This document shows positions 56,386 to 64,000 of a stretch of 64,000 bases of DNA, piece after piece. The DNA comes from Treponemataceae bacterium (GTDB taxonomy: Bacteria; Spirochaetota; Spirochaetia; Treponematales; Rectinemataceae), in contig CAXXHO010000003.1 of assembly GCA_963667725.2 (NCBI GenBank), positions 32,001-96,000 of the forward strand, read 5' to 3'. The notes beneath the pieces are model-generated. The model searched no databases, was not told where the DNA came from, and saw only the letters and a list, made by a program, of their open reading frames with translations. The position numbers and the translations under genes were made by a program. The stretch's first letter is position 1. Each line of letters begins with the position of its first letter.

Positions 56386-57236
56386 GCGCTCTTTTCAATC
56401 CGGACATAGCGGAGTTCCTCGAAACCATCTACAACGAATGCAACCGACGGCAACGATTGAACAGGGATCCCCTGGCTATCGTCGCCGGCTACAGCGATAC
56501 TTCCGACAGGGAAGTGGCGGGGCTCATCTGTTCCACCCTCGCTTTCGGCTCGGTAGATCTCATTCTCCGCGCCTGTAATCGCGCGCTCGAACCTCTGGGT
56601 TCCCACCCCGCTTCGGCGCTCGAATCCATGGAAGACAACGATTTGTCGCGGTTCTGGGGCGATTTTCACTATCGCTTCTGTTTTCCTTCCGACATGCAGG
56701 CCCTGCTGCGTTCTATCCGCGCGGCCAGGCGCAGCCATGGCTCCCTTGAGGCATTGTTTCTCGCCGGCGACGCGCCCGGGAACGGGATGCCGGAGACGAC
56801 AGGAACCTTCGTCAGGGCGTTGAGAAGCCTGGGTTCGGACGATTCGCCGTCTGGATCCCGCACATCTGGCTCCTCCGGGCCTGGCATCCGCAAGAACCTC
56901 CTGCCCGACCCCTCCGACGGTTCCGCCTGCAAAAGACTCTTCCTGTTCCTGCGCTGGATGGCGCGTAAAGACGACATCGACCCGGGCGGCTGGGATTCGC
57001 TATCCCCGTCGCGCCTTCTTGTTCCTCTTGATGTCCATATGGTAAAAACCTGCCGCGAAAGATTGGGGTTCTTGGGCAAGGCACGAGCATCGGGTTCCCC
57101 GAATCTGCGCGACGCCATCGAGGTGACGCGCCAATTCGCCCTCTATTCGCCTGACGATCCGGTCAAATATGACTTCGCCTTGACGAGGCCAGGGATCGAT
57201 CCTTGGCCCGGGGACGAAGTCTTTGGCTGTTTCTGA
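56382..57236 (+). CDS. TIGR02757/DUF2400-family protein
   Basis: DP...DREV; SACKRL.LFLRWM.R; PLDVH; DPVKYDFAL. Confidence 0.88.
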   Translation: MSALFNPDIAEFLETIYNECNRRQRLNRDPLAIVAGYSDTSDREVAGLICSTLAFGSVDLILRACNRALEPLGSHPASALESMEDNDLSRFWGDFHYRFCFPSDMQALLRSIRAARRSHGSLEALFLAGDAPGNGMPETTGTFVRALRSLGSDDSPSGSRTSGSSGPGIRKNLLPDPSDGSACKRLFLFLRWMARKDDIDPGGWDSLSPSRLLVPLDVHMVKTCRERLGFLGKARASGSPNLRDAIEVTRQFALYSPDDPVKYDFALTRPGIDPWPGDEVFGCF

Positions 57237-57291
57237 TTGACATTGGCGAGGCCGCTGTGATAGCTTAGTCGAGCTATCGGTACGGTAGCGA

Positions 57292-57365
57292 CGGGCAATA
57301 GCGCAGGTGGTTAGCGTACGAGTCTGGGGGACTCGGGGTCGCCAGTTCGAGTCTGGCTTGCCCGA
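57292..57365 (+). tRNA. tRNA-Pro(GGG)
   Basis: CGGGCAA/TTGCCCG acceptor stem; CGAGT-CTGGGGG-ACTCG anticodon arm. Confidence 0.92.
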
Positions 57366-57366
57366 T

Positions 57367-57405
57367 AGAGAGCGAGTTATCGCGATGCGATGGCTCGCTC
57401 TTTTT
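57367..57405 (+). terminator. Terminator after tRNA-Pro
   Basis: GAGCGAGTTATCGC-GAT-GCGATGGCTCGCTC followed by a T-run. Confidence 0.75.
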
Positions 57406-57533
57406 GTTTTTAAAAGCTATTACGTATAAAGCGGCTTGACGAAGTCAGTAGTTGATGTAACAATTTTTATAGGATATTGGCATATTGTAAGTGAAAATTT
57501 GAACACATAAGTGTTTTTCGGAGGAGGCTGCGA

Positions 57534-59033
57534 TTGAAGGCAGTTGGCTATGCGTGGCTCATTCAAACGTACCGCCTCGATGTGCTCGAGTCTTCATCAG
57601 TCTCCTATATCCATGAGCGAAGCGATCGCCGCAGTGTGGAACAAGATAGCCGGACCGAGTTGTATTACCCCAGGGGCTATGATCCTGGCGATGGATGGGC
57701 CGGGAACCTAACGTTCGCGTTAAAGTATGAAGGGCTCAATCTTGAGGTAGTGGCAGCGTTGTTCTCAAAGCTCGATTCCTCGGCGGTCGAAGCCTATGTT
57801 CAGGAATCACCGATCGGCAAATATGCTCGGTTTGTATGGTTTTTTTATGAACTTCTAACGAAGCGAAAGCTTGGGATTCCTGATCTCGATACAGGCAACT
57901 ATCTACCCATCCTCGATGAAGAGCGGGAATTTGCCATCCCGGAGGCGGTTGCGCCCAGGGCGAAGCGGCAAAGACTTATTGTAAACCTCCTCGGAGGAAA
58001 AGAGTATTGCCCGCGCATCAGGAAGACCGAAGCGATCGCAGCCTTCCATACCGCCGATGTCGCGGCATCAGTACGAGCCCTTGTAGCCGCCTATCCCGAT
58101 GAACTCATCGGGCGCGCTTCCCGATACCTCTACGCGAAGGAAACGAAATCTTCGTTCGAGATCGAGCGAGAGCGAGCCGACACAAAACGCACCACCAGGT
58201 TCATTGAACTCTTGAAACGAGCGGGGCGTGTCGATCCGTATGGGGAAGAGGAGCTTACGGCGCTGCAGAACGCGATCGTGGAAGAACGATATGCCGTCGA
58301 TGGGTATAGGACGAACCAAAATTATGTAGGCGAGAGCATCGGCCCGACCCGCGAACTCGTCCATTATATTCCGCCCAAGCCGGAAGACTTAGGATTCCTT
58401 ATGGAGGGATGGACTTCCTCCTGCAGGCAGATTCGGTCCAGCGCTCTCGATGCCCTCGTTCTTGCCACCGTAATGGGATTCGGGTTCGTGTATCTCCACC
58501 CCTTCGAGGATGGCAATGGCCGCATCCATCGATTCCTGATCCACGACGCGCTGGTCGCGACGGGATTCACGCCGGAGGGCATGATATTCCCGGTATCCGC
58601 GGTTATGCTCCGCCGGATGAAGGAGTACGATGCTGCTTTGGAAGCGTTCTCCAGGCCTTGCATGGAGCGGCTTCAGTATGCCCTCGATAGCCGGGGAGCG
58701 GTAACGGTGCAGGGAGAGACCAGCGGGCACTACCGCTATCCAGACCTGACGCGGCAGGCGGAAGCTTTAGCTTCATTCGTGCAGGAAACGGCGCAGGTGG
58801 AGTTTTCAGCGGAACTGGAATATCTCTCGCTTTTCGACCAGACAGCCGAAGCCGTTCGCTCGCTCCTTGACATGCCCGATCGAAAGCTCGAGCTCTTCGT
58901 CCGCCTCTGCATCCAGGGCAAAGGGAAGGTGTCGGCATCGAAACGCGGGCTGTTCCCTGAGATCACCGATGGGGAACTTGCCGAACTCGAAAGCGCCGTA
59001 GCCCCAATCATCGCTGGCCAAAAGCAAAATTGA
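57534..59033 (+). CDS. Fic-domain protein (long form)
   Basis: Canonical HPFEDGNGRIHR; SSFEIE inhibitory-like motif; SD GGAGG before TTG. Confidence 0.9.
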   Translation: MKAVGYAWLIQTYRLDVLESSSVSYIHERSDRRSVEQDSRTELYYPRGYDPGDGWAGNLTFALKYEGLNLEVVAALFSKLDSSAVEAYVQESPIGKYARFVWFFYELLTKRKLGIPDLDTGNYLPILDEEREFAIPEAVAPRAKRQRLIVNLLGGKEYCPRIRKTEAIAAFHTADVAASVRALVAAYPDELIGRASRYLYAKETKSSFEIERERADTKRTTRFIELLKRAGRVDPYGEEELTALQNAIVEERYAVDGYRTNQNYVGESIGPTRELVHYIPPKPEDLGFLMEGWTSSCRQIRSSALDALVLATVMGFGFVYLHPFEDGNGRIHRFLIHDALVATGFTPEGMIFPVSAVMLRRMKEYDAALEAFSRPCMERLQYALDSRGAVTVQGETSGHYRYPDLTRQAEALASFVQETAQVEFSAELEYLSLFDQTAEAVRSLLDMPDRKLELFVRLCIQGKGKVSASKRGLFPEITDGELAELESAVAPIIAGQKQN

Positions 59034-59077
59034 GCGTTATGCGGCAATGCCGCACAGGAAGCGATGTTCAACCTTAT

Positions 59078-62000
59078 TCAGATTTCAAATCCACCCTTGA
59101 TGATGAACCGCTTTAAAAGGTCATGGATCTTGATGTTGATCTTGATCGGGGCAATGGTCGATCCTTCCAGGCCTTCAAAATAAGCCTTGGCTTTTACTTT
59201 ATCGATCGTATCCTTGAGTTCGTCGAAGCGACCGAATTCATTGATGTTCGCTTCGGTAATACCCGAATTCATCATGGCGCGTAGCTTTGCCTCATCCAAG
59301 CCCAAGATCCCGGAAAGCGTGCTGATCTGGTCGTTTTTCGCCGTACATTGATATTCGGTCACGTAATCACGAAAGGTCTTCCCGCTTTCCATGACCGCGC
59401 AACCGCTTTGTACATCGTGGAGAAAGATATTGGCGTATTTTTGTTCTTCGATGGTCAGATACGCGAAGGACTTATGCAAATCGTCCAGGGTTTGCAGCCT
59501 CTGTTCTTCCTCGATGCCGTCCTGATTCAAGGCTTTCAGATATTTATCAAACCGCGAGTTCATGTAGTCGGCATCGATTCTCCCGGTATCGATCTCGGTC
59601 AAGTATCCGTCGATATCATAGGGAACGTCGGGGATGCCGCTTCCGCCGCTCCCCCCACCGCCGCCGGCGAGTTCTTTGTAGCGGAGCGCCAGAACGAGGT
59701 AGTCACTCTCATCGAATCGCATATCGATGATTTTTTTTGGTTTACCAGGGCCATCGCTGAATTCGTAGCTCGACTTGCTCCAAGTAAAGCCCTGGATTTT
59801 CGCCGCCTCGAGATGGAGGCTCAATTCCTTGAATAGCTTGGCGAATTGTCCTCGCTCCGCGCCGTCGTCCGGCAATTTTGAAATATCCGGAACACCGGCT
59901 CGGACGAACAAGTCCACGATGTCCTGGTAGAGAGAGTTCATTGCGCGCAAATTTGAATCAAGCCGATCCACGAACAACCCAAGCGGCATGTCCCCCGAAT
60001 AGAGCTTTACCGCTCTGTTGATGTTCGCTTCCATGGTATGCGGCTTGCGGTAATAGCGGATCGTTCCGAAGGGTTTGTCGGGGCCGAAGAGACGATTGGT
60101 GCGGGAGAAGGCCTGGATGATATTCTCGTACTGGAGCAGCTTGTCCAGATACAAGGTGTTGATCCACATGGAATCGAAACCGGTGAGCATCTGATCCACC
60201 ACGATCAAAAGATCTATCTGTTTCTCCGGGCTTCGCTCCAGGCGGATATATGGTTCTTTATGGGCAAGACGGGCAGCTATGTCTTTCTTGAATTGCGCAT
60301 GGGTAGGTATGGAAAAATCCTGGCCATACCGCGCGTTATAGTCCTCAATGATTTCGACAAGACCGTCTTCTTTGAATTTTACCCCGCCGTTATTGTCGAT
60401 AGTGGGATCAAAGAGAGTCGTAAATTTCAGGTTGGTTTTCTTGCTTTTGATGAGGCGGTAATATTCGATCGCCTCAGCTATGCTCGTGGTGGCGAAGAGC
60501 GCGTGGAATTTTCCGTTCTGGCTCAGGGTGAGCCAGTTATCCAGGATATCCTCGACAACCTTTTCCCGGTGCTCGGTCCGCTCGTATTGTGCCTGTGTCA
60601 GGTAATCCTCGATGCCTTTGACCACGCTGCCGTCGCCCGCGATGGAACCGGCCATGGGCATGTCTTTCATGAATCGGTTAAAGACGGCTTTCTTTTTGGG
60701 ATCGGCAAAGGCTTCAGCCTCATCGCTGGCTTTCGCCTGTTCCAGGGCTATCGCGACGCGCAGATCCTTGTCCTTGTAGGTGAGGACCTTATATGGATCA
60801 AAGCCCAGGACGTTCTTATCCCGAATACCATCGGCGATGCTGTAGCGGTGGAGCTCGTCGCCGAATAGGGAGGACGTGGTATTGAGCTTTTTCTGGTTCT
60901 CTTCATGGATGGGGGTGCCGGTAAAGCCAAAGAGAAGGGCGTGGGGAAAGGTAGCCTTGATCGTGATCAGCATATCCCCAAAGGTTGAACGATGTGCCTC
61001 GTCGACGATGATGACGATACGCTTCGCCTGCATCATGGCGAGGTCATGGGCGTTGATGCCTCCCTCTTCGTCCTTGATGTTGCTCATCTTCTGGATCGAG
61101 GTGACAATCAAAGTGTCGGCCGGGCGCGTGCTTTTCAGCTTGGTGATCAGGACGGCCGTATTCTCGGTGGCCTGAACCTCCTCGCTCTCTTCGGCGAAAC
61201 CACGGTACTCGTTCAGGGACTGGGTGCCGAGCTCGATCCGGTCCATGAGGAAAATGACCTTGTCGGCGTCCTTGGAATTGGCGATGAGTTGGGCCGACTT
61301 GAAGCTGGTCATGGTTTTGCCTGAGCCGGTGGTATGCCAGACATAGCCGCCCCGCCCCTTGTGAGCGCTCCAGTCAATCTTGGAGACCCGGTCGGAGATG
61401 GCGTTGGCCGCGTAATACTGGTAGCTCCGCATCACCTTGAGGATGCCGTCTGAGCCGTCGGCCACGGTGTAAAAGCCGATGAGCTGATGGGCCATGGGTA
61501 TGGAGAGGAGTGAGGAGGCGATATCCTTCCAATCATTGACCGGCTCGTTGTTAAAATCGGCCCAGCGGAAATAGTAATCAGTGTTGAATCTGCCTTCTGG
61601 ACCGGGGTTCGCGAAGTAGCGGGTTTCTTCAGGCTGCATGGCGACAAAGATCTGGACGAGGGAAAAGAGGCTCGTGAAAATGCCCTCGTCCGAATACTTT
61701 TCGATCTGATGGAAGGCCTGGCTCACGGGCACGCCGCTTTTTTTAAGCTCGATGTGGATGACGGGCATGCCGTTTATAAGGAGCATGAGGTCGCCCCGAC
61801 GCTCGTTTAAAATCTTCGATCTGCTTTTAAACTGAGGCTGGCGGGCGATCTGATAGCGGCTTTGCCCGGCGGCGATCTCCCGACGATCGTAGATTTTTAG
61901 GCTTACTTCCTTGCCGAAATGGAGCCGGTCTTCCGGGTTGTCGCGGGTGATCGAGACGGTTTTCCCGTTGATGAAGCCATTGAGTTTGAGGGGCGTGCGC

Positions 62001-62218
62001 AGGGTGGCGATCTGCTCCATGATCTGCCGCATCTCGCCCTCGGTGAGGGGATAGTCGCCGAGGCGATCGATGTCGCGGTTGTTGTCGAAAAGGATGGTCG
62101 CCCAGTTCTTCAGAAGATTCTTTTCGGTAGGGTAATTTATGACCTCCCTCTCCCAACCCTTGTGGGAAAGGATCTCTATGAGCGCGTTTTCAAAGTCGGC
62201 TTCATTGGTAAAGGTCAT
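59078..62218 (-). CDS. hsdR: Type I restriction enzyme R subunit
   Basis: D..LINGMPVIHIELK nuclease motif; HTTGSGKT; DEAH; FTGTP; QAFSRTNR. Confidence 0.95.
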   Translation of the reverse strand: MTFTNEADFENALIEILSHKGWEREVINYPTEKNLLKNWATILFDNNRDIDRLGDYPLTEGEMRQIMEQIATLRTPLKLNGFINGKTVSITRDNPEDRLHFGKEVSLKIYDRREIAAGQSRYQIARQPQFKSRSKILNERRGDLMLLINGMPVIHIELKKSGVPVSQAFHQIEKYSDEGIFTSLFSLVQIFVAMQPEETRYFANPGPEGRFNTDYYFRWADFNNEPVNDWKDIASSLLSIPMAHQLIGFYTVADGSDGILKVMRSYQYYAANAISDRVSKIDWSAHKGRGGYVWHTTGSGKTMTSFKSAQLIANSKDADKVIFLMDRIELGTQSLNEYRGFAEESEEVQATENTAVLITKLKSTRPADTLIVTSIQKMSNIKDEEGGINAHDLAMMQAKRIVIIVDEAHRSTFGDMLITIKATFPHALLFGFTGTPIHEENQKKLNTTSSLFGDELHRYSIADGIRDKNVLGFDPYKVLTYKDKDLRVAIALEQAKASDEAEAFADPKKKAVFNRFMKDMPMAGSIAGDGSVVKGIEDYLTQAQYERTEHREKVVEDILDNWLTLSQNGKFHALFATTSIAEAIEYYRLIKSKKTNLKFTTLFDPTIDNNGGVKFKEDGLVEIIEDYNARYGQDFSIPTHAQFKKDIAARLAHKEPYIRLERSPEKQIDLLIVVDQMLTGFDSMWINTLYLDKLLQYENIIQAFSRTNRLFGPDKPFGTIRYYRKPHTMEANINRAVKLYSGDMPLGLFVDRLDSNLRAMNSLYQDIVDLFVRAGVPDISKLPDDGAERGQFAKLFKELSLHLEAAKIQGFTWSKSSYEFSDGPGKPKKIIDMRFDESDYLVLALRYKELAGGGGGSGGSGIPDVPYDIDGYLTEIDTGRIDADYMNSRFDKYLKALNQDGIEEEQRLQTLDDLHKSFAYLTIEEQKYANIFLHDVQSGCAVMESGKTFRDYVTEYQCTAKNDQISTLSGILGLDEAKLRAMMNSGITEANINEFGRFDELKDTIDKVKAKAYFEGLEGSTIAPIKINIKIHDLLKRFIIKGGFEI

Positions 62219-63228
62219 TTTTTATTTTTCTCCCATAGACGTTTCTCTATATCTTCCAACTCTTTTAAATCCTCTCTATCGGCGGCCAGCGCTTCTTCGG
62301 CTCTGCGCCTATTGTCAAATTCTTCATACCGTTGTTCGGCAATTCTTTGGGCTACCTCGGCTTTTACTTTTCCGGCATGGGTTAAAAGTTCATGCTCGTT
62401 AAACAACAGAAAAGCGTCGAGTTTTTCCGACCACCGTTCCATGGTAACGGTTTTCCTCAGCCGGGCCTGGCTTTCCGCATAATCAAGATACATGGTCACG
62501 ATTTCGTTGAGGTCTTTGATTTCATCGGCATCCAGGTAATTCTTGGCGATGGCCACATCCTGCTTGCGGACAATAGAACCCTGCCAGGACCTGAGGCCCA
62601 TATTCGGCAGTCCGGGATTGCCACGGGATTCAATCAGCTCGGCGGCGGTGTTGCCGGTGATAGCCCAGAGCATTTTATTCTGGACCTTTTTGAAGAAGAT
62701 CTGGGCCTGTTCCGAGGTTTTTTCGTAATCGACCGCGGTGGCGTAAATGTCCCGTATTTTCTGGTAAAAACGCTTTTCCGAGGCCCGGATATCCCGGATG
62801 CGCGCCAGCCACTCGTCAAAATAGTCCCAGGTATCGGCTTTTTTGAGCCGATCATCATCCATGGCAAAGCCTTTGATTATGTATTCCTTCAGAATACTGG
62901 TGGCCCATATTCTAAACTGAGTGGCTCGTTTGGAGTTGACCCGGTAGCCTACGGCGATGATGGCGTCGAGATTGTAGAAATCTTTATTGCGGGTAACCTG
63001 CCGACCCCCCTCATTTTGGACTGTTTCCATTTTGGAAACAGTTGCTTCTCGGCTCAATTCCCCTTCCTCATAGATGTTGGTCAAGTGCTTGGATATGGCG
63101 GGAACATTGACGTCAAAGAGTTCCGCCATCGCCGTCTGGGGCAGCCAGATGGTTTCATTCCGCAAAACAGTATTAATTTTGATTTCGCCGTCAGGAGTGG
63201 TATACAGGACAATTTGCGATTGGGTCAT
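62215..63228 (-). CDS. RhuM-family protein
   Basis: ETIWL.Q..MAELF; YNLDAIIAVGYRVNS; FRIWAT; RIRDIRASEKRFYQK. Confidence 0.88.
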   Translation of the reverse strand: MTQSQIVLYTTPDGEIKINTVLRNETIWLPQTAMAELFDVNVPAISKHLTNIYEEGELSREATVSKMETVQNEGGRQVTRNKDFYNLDAIIAVGYRVNSKRATQFRIWATSILKEYIIKGFAMDDDRLKKADTWDYFDEWLARIRDIRASEKRFYQKIRDIYATAVDYEKTSEQAQIFFKKVQNKMLWAITGNTAAELIESRGNPGLPNMGLRSWQGSIVRKQDVAIAKNYLDADEIKDLNEIVTMYLDYAESQARLRKTVTMERWSEKLDAFLLFNEHELLTHAGKVKAEVAQRIAEQRYEEFDNRRRAEEALAADREDLKELEDIEKRLWEKNKK

Positions 63229-63257
63229 ATAGCCAGCTCCTTTTTCATTATGCGTTT

Positions 63258-64000
63258 CTATGCATCCTTCCGGTCCGTTAAGAGCCTTTGCTCCCGTTCC
63301 AATTCCACCACCAACTCTTCCTCGCTGGGTAAAACCAAGCGGTATTTGGATGCGAAAAGCTGTTCGCTTTCTTTCAGGACGGAATACTTCACAACGGTTT
63401 CGTCTTTTTGCGCGCAGAGGATCAAGCCGATGGAAGGATTATCGTCGGCTTGCTTTTTCAGATCATCAAACATGCGGACATACATGTCCATCTGGCCGAT
63501 ATCCTGGTGGGTCAGTTCGGTGGTTTTTAGGTCGATCAGGACAAAGCACTTCAGTATATAGTTATAGAACACAAGATCAATATAGAAGTGTTTGGTTTCC
63601 GTACTGATGCGGAATTGGCGGCCGACAAAGGAGAAACCTCGCCCCATCTCCAATAGAAAAGATTGAAGATGGTCAACAATGGCGCTTTCGATGGATTGTT
63701 CCTTGGGCCATGGGGTTTCCGGGAGGTCCAGGAATTCCAGAACATAGGGGTCTTTGATAAAGTCCCGCGGCTGCATTTTCGCCGCGTCGGTTGGGGCTAG
63801 TACTGCTTCCTGTTTATTCCGGGACGAAAGGAGGCGTTCAAAATGGAGGCTGTTGATGTTCCGTTCCAGCAGCCGAGTGCTCCACCGCTGATCGGCGCAT
63901 TCATGAATGTAAAATTCTCGGGCATCCGGATTCTCGACCCGCATGATCAGGCGGTAATGGGACCAGGTCAATTGGCTACGCACTGCGTAGCTTTTCTCAA
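63258..64000 (-). CDS. DUF1016/YhcG PD-(D/E)XK nuclease-family protein, 5'-truncated by the window edge
   Basis: LTWSHY, KDPYVLEFL, FLLEMGRGFSF, IDLVFYN, IDLK, GQMDMY. Confidence 0.92.
   Translation of the reverse strand, partial: EKSYAVRSQLTWSHYRLIMRVENPDAREFYIHECADQRWSTRLLERNINSLHFERLLSSRNKQEAVLAPTDAAKMQPRDFIKDPYVLEFLDLPETPWPKEQSIESAIVDHLQSFLLEMGRGFSFVGRQFRISTETKHFYIDLVFYNYILKCFVLIDLKTTELTHQDIGQMDMYVRMFDDLKKQADDNPSIGLILCAQKDETVVKYSVLKESEQLFASKYRLVLPSEEELVVELEREQRLLTDRKDA

Noticed and set aside
57502..57515. Short inverted repeat AACAC-ATAA-GTGTT upstream of the Fic gene
   Set aside because: Only 5-bp arms; too weak to call an operator
1..64000. CRISPR array, rRNA, prophage or reverse-transcriptase elements
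   Set aside because: No regularly spaced repeats, rRNA-like blocks, phage structural genes or RT motifs recognised

Overview
Chromosomal window from a GC-rich, probably anaerobic diderm bacterium. The TPR-lipoprotein/LysM-transglycosylase pair, the FemX-like ligase and the FlgD-Ig/OmpA protein suggest Spirochaetota (inference). In order: (1) a LacI-controlled operon joining two ADP-ribosylglycohydrolase-family genes, a sugar ABC importer, a CitD-CitE fusion and CitF; (2) TetR/flavodoxin/FMN-lipoprotein and YtrA-type ABC modules; (3) femX and a K+/H+ antiporter; (4) an orphan catabolic cluster (two secreted amidohydrolases, TAXI-TRAP, FadR, DRE-TIM enzyme, cyclase, acetylene-hydratase-like Mo/W enzyme plus Fe-S subunit) linked by a shared 18-bp promoter box; (5) rsgA with an unannotated leader peptide and an alternative anti-SD structure; (6) a maltodextrin ABC/malQ operon; (7) the best candidate for an undescribed system: an AT-richer, cysteine-free, archaic-type chaperone-usher pilus locus with five single-domain pilins, a two-domain adhesin and a 681-bp identical chaperone duplication; (8) tRNA-Val, a large OmpA/Ig lipoprotein, tRNA-Phe, galE, an M20 peptidase and envelope genes; (9) tRNA-Pro followed by the edge of a defence island (Fic, HsdR, RhuM-like, DUF1016), where the RhuM and DUF1016 genes each carry a perfect in-frame DNA palindrome. 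No CRISPR array, rRNA, transposase or integrase was seen. All calls rest on motif recognition by eye; no searches were run.
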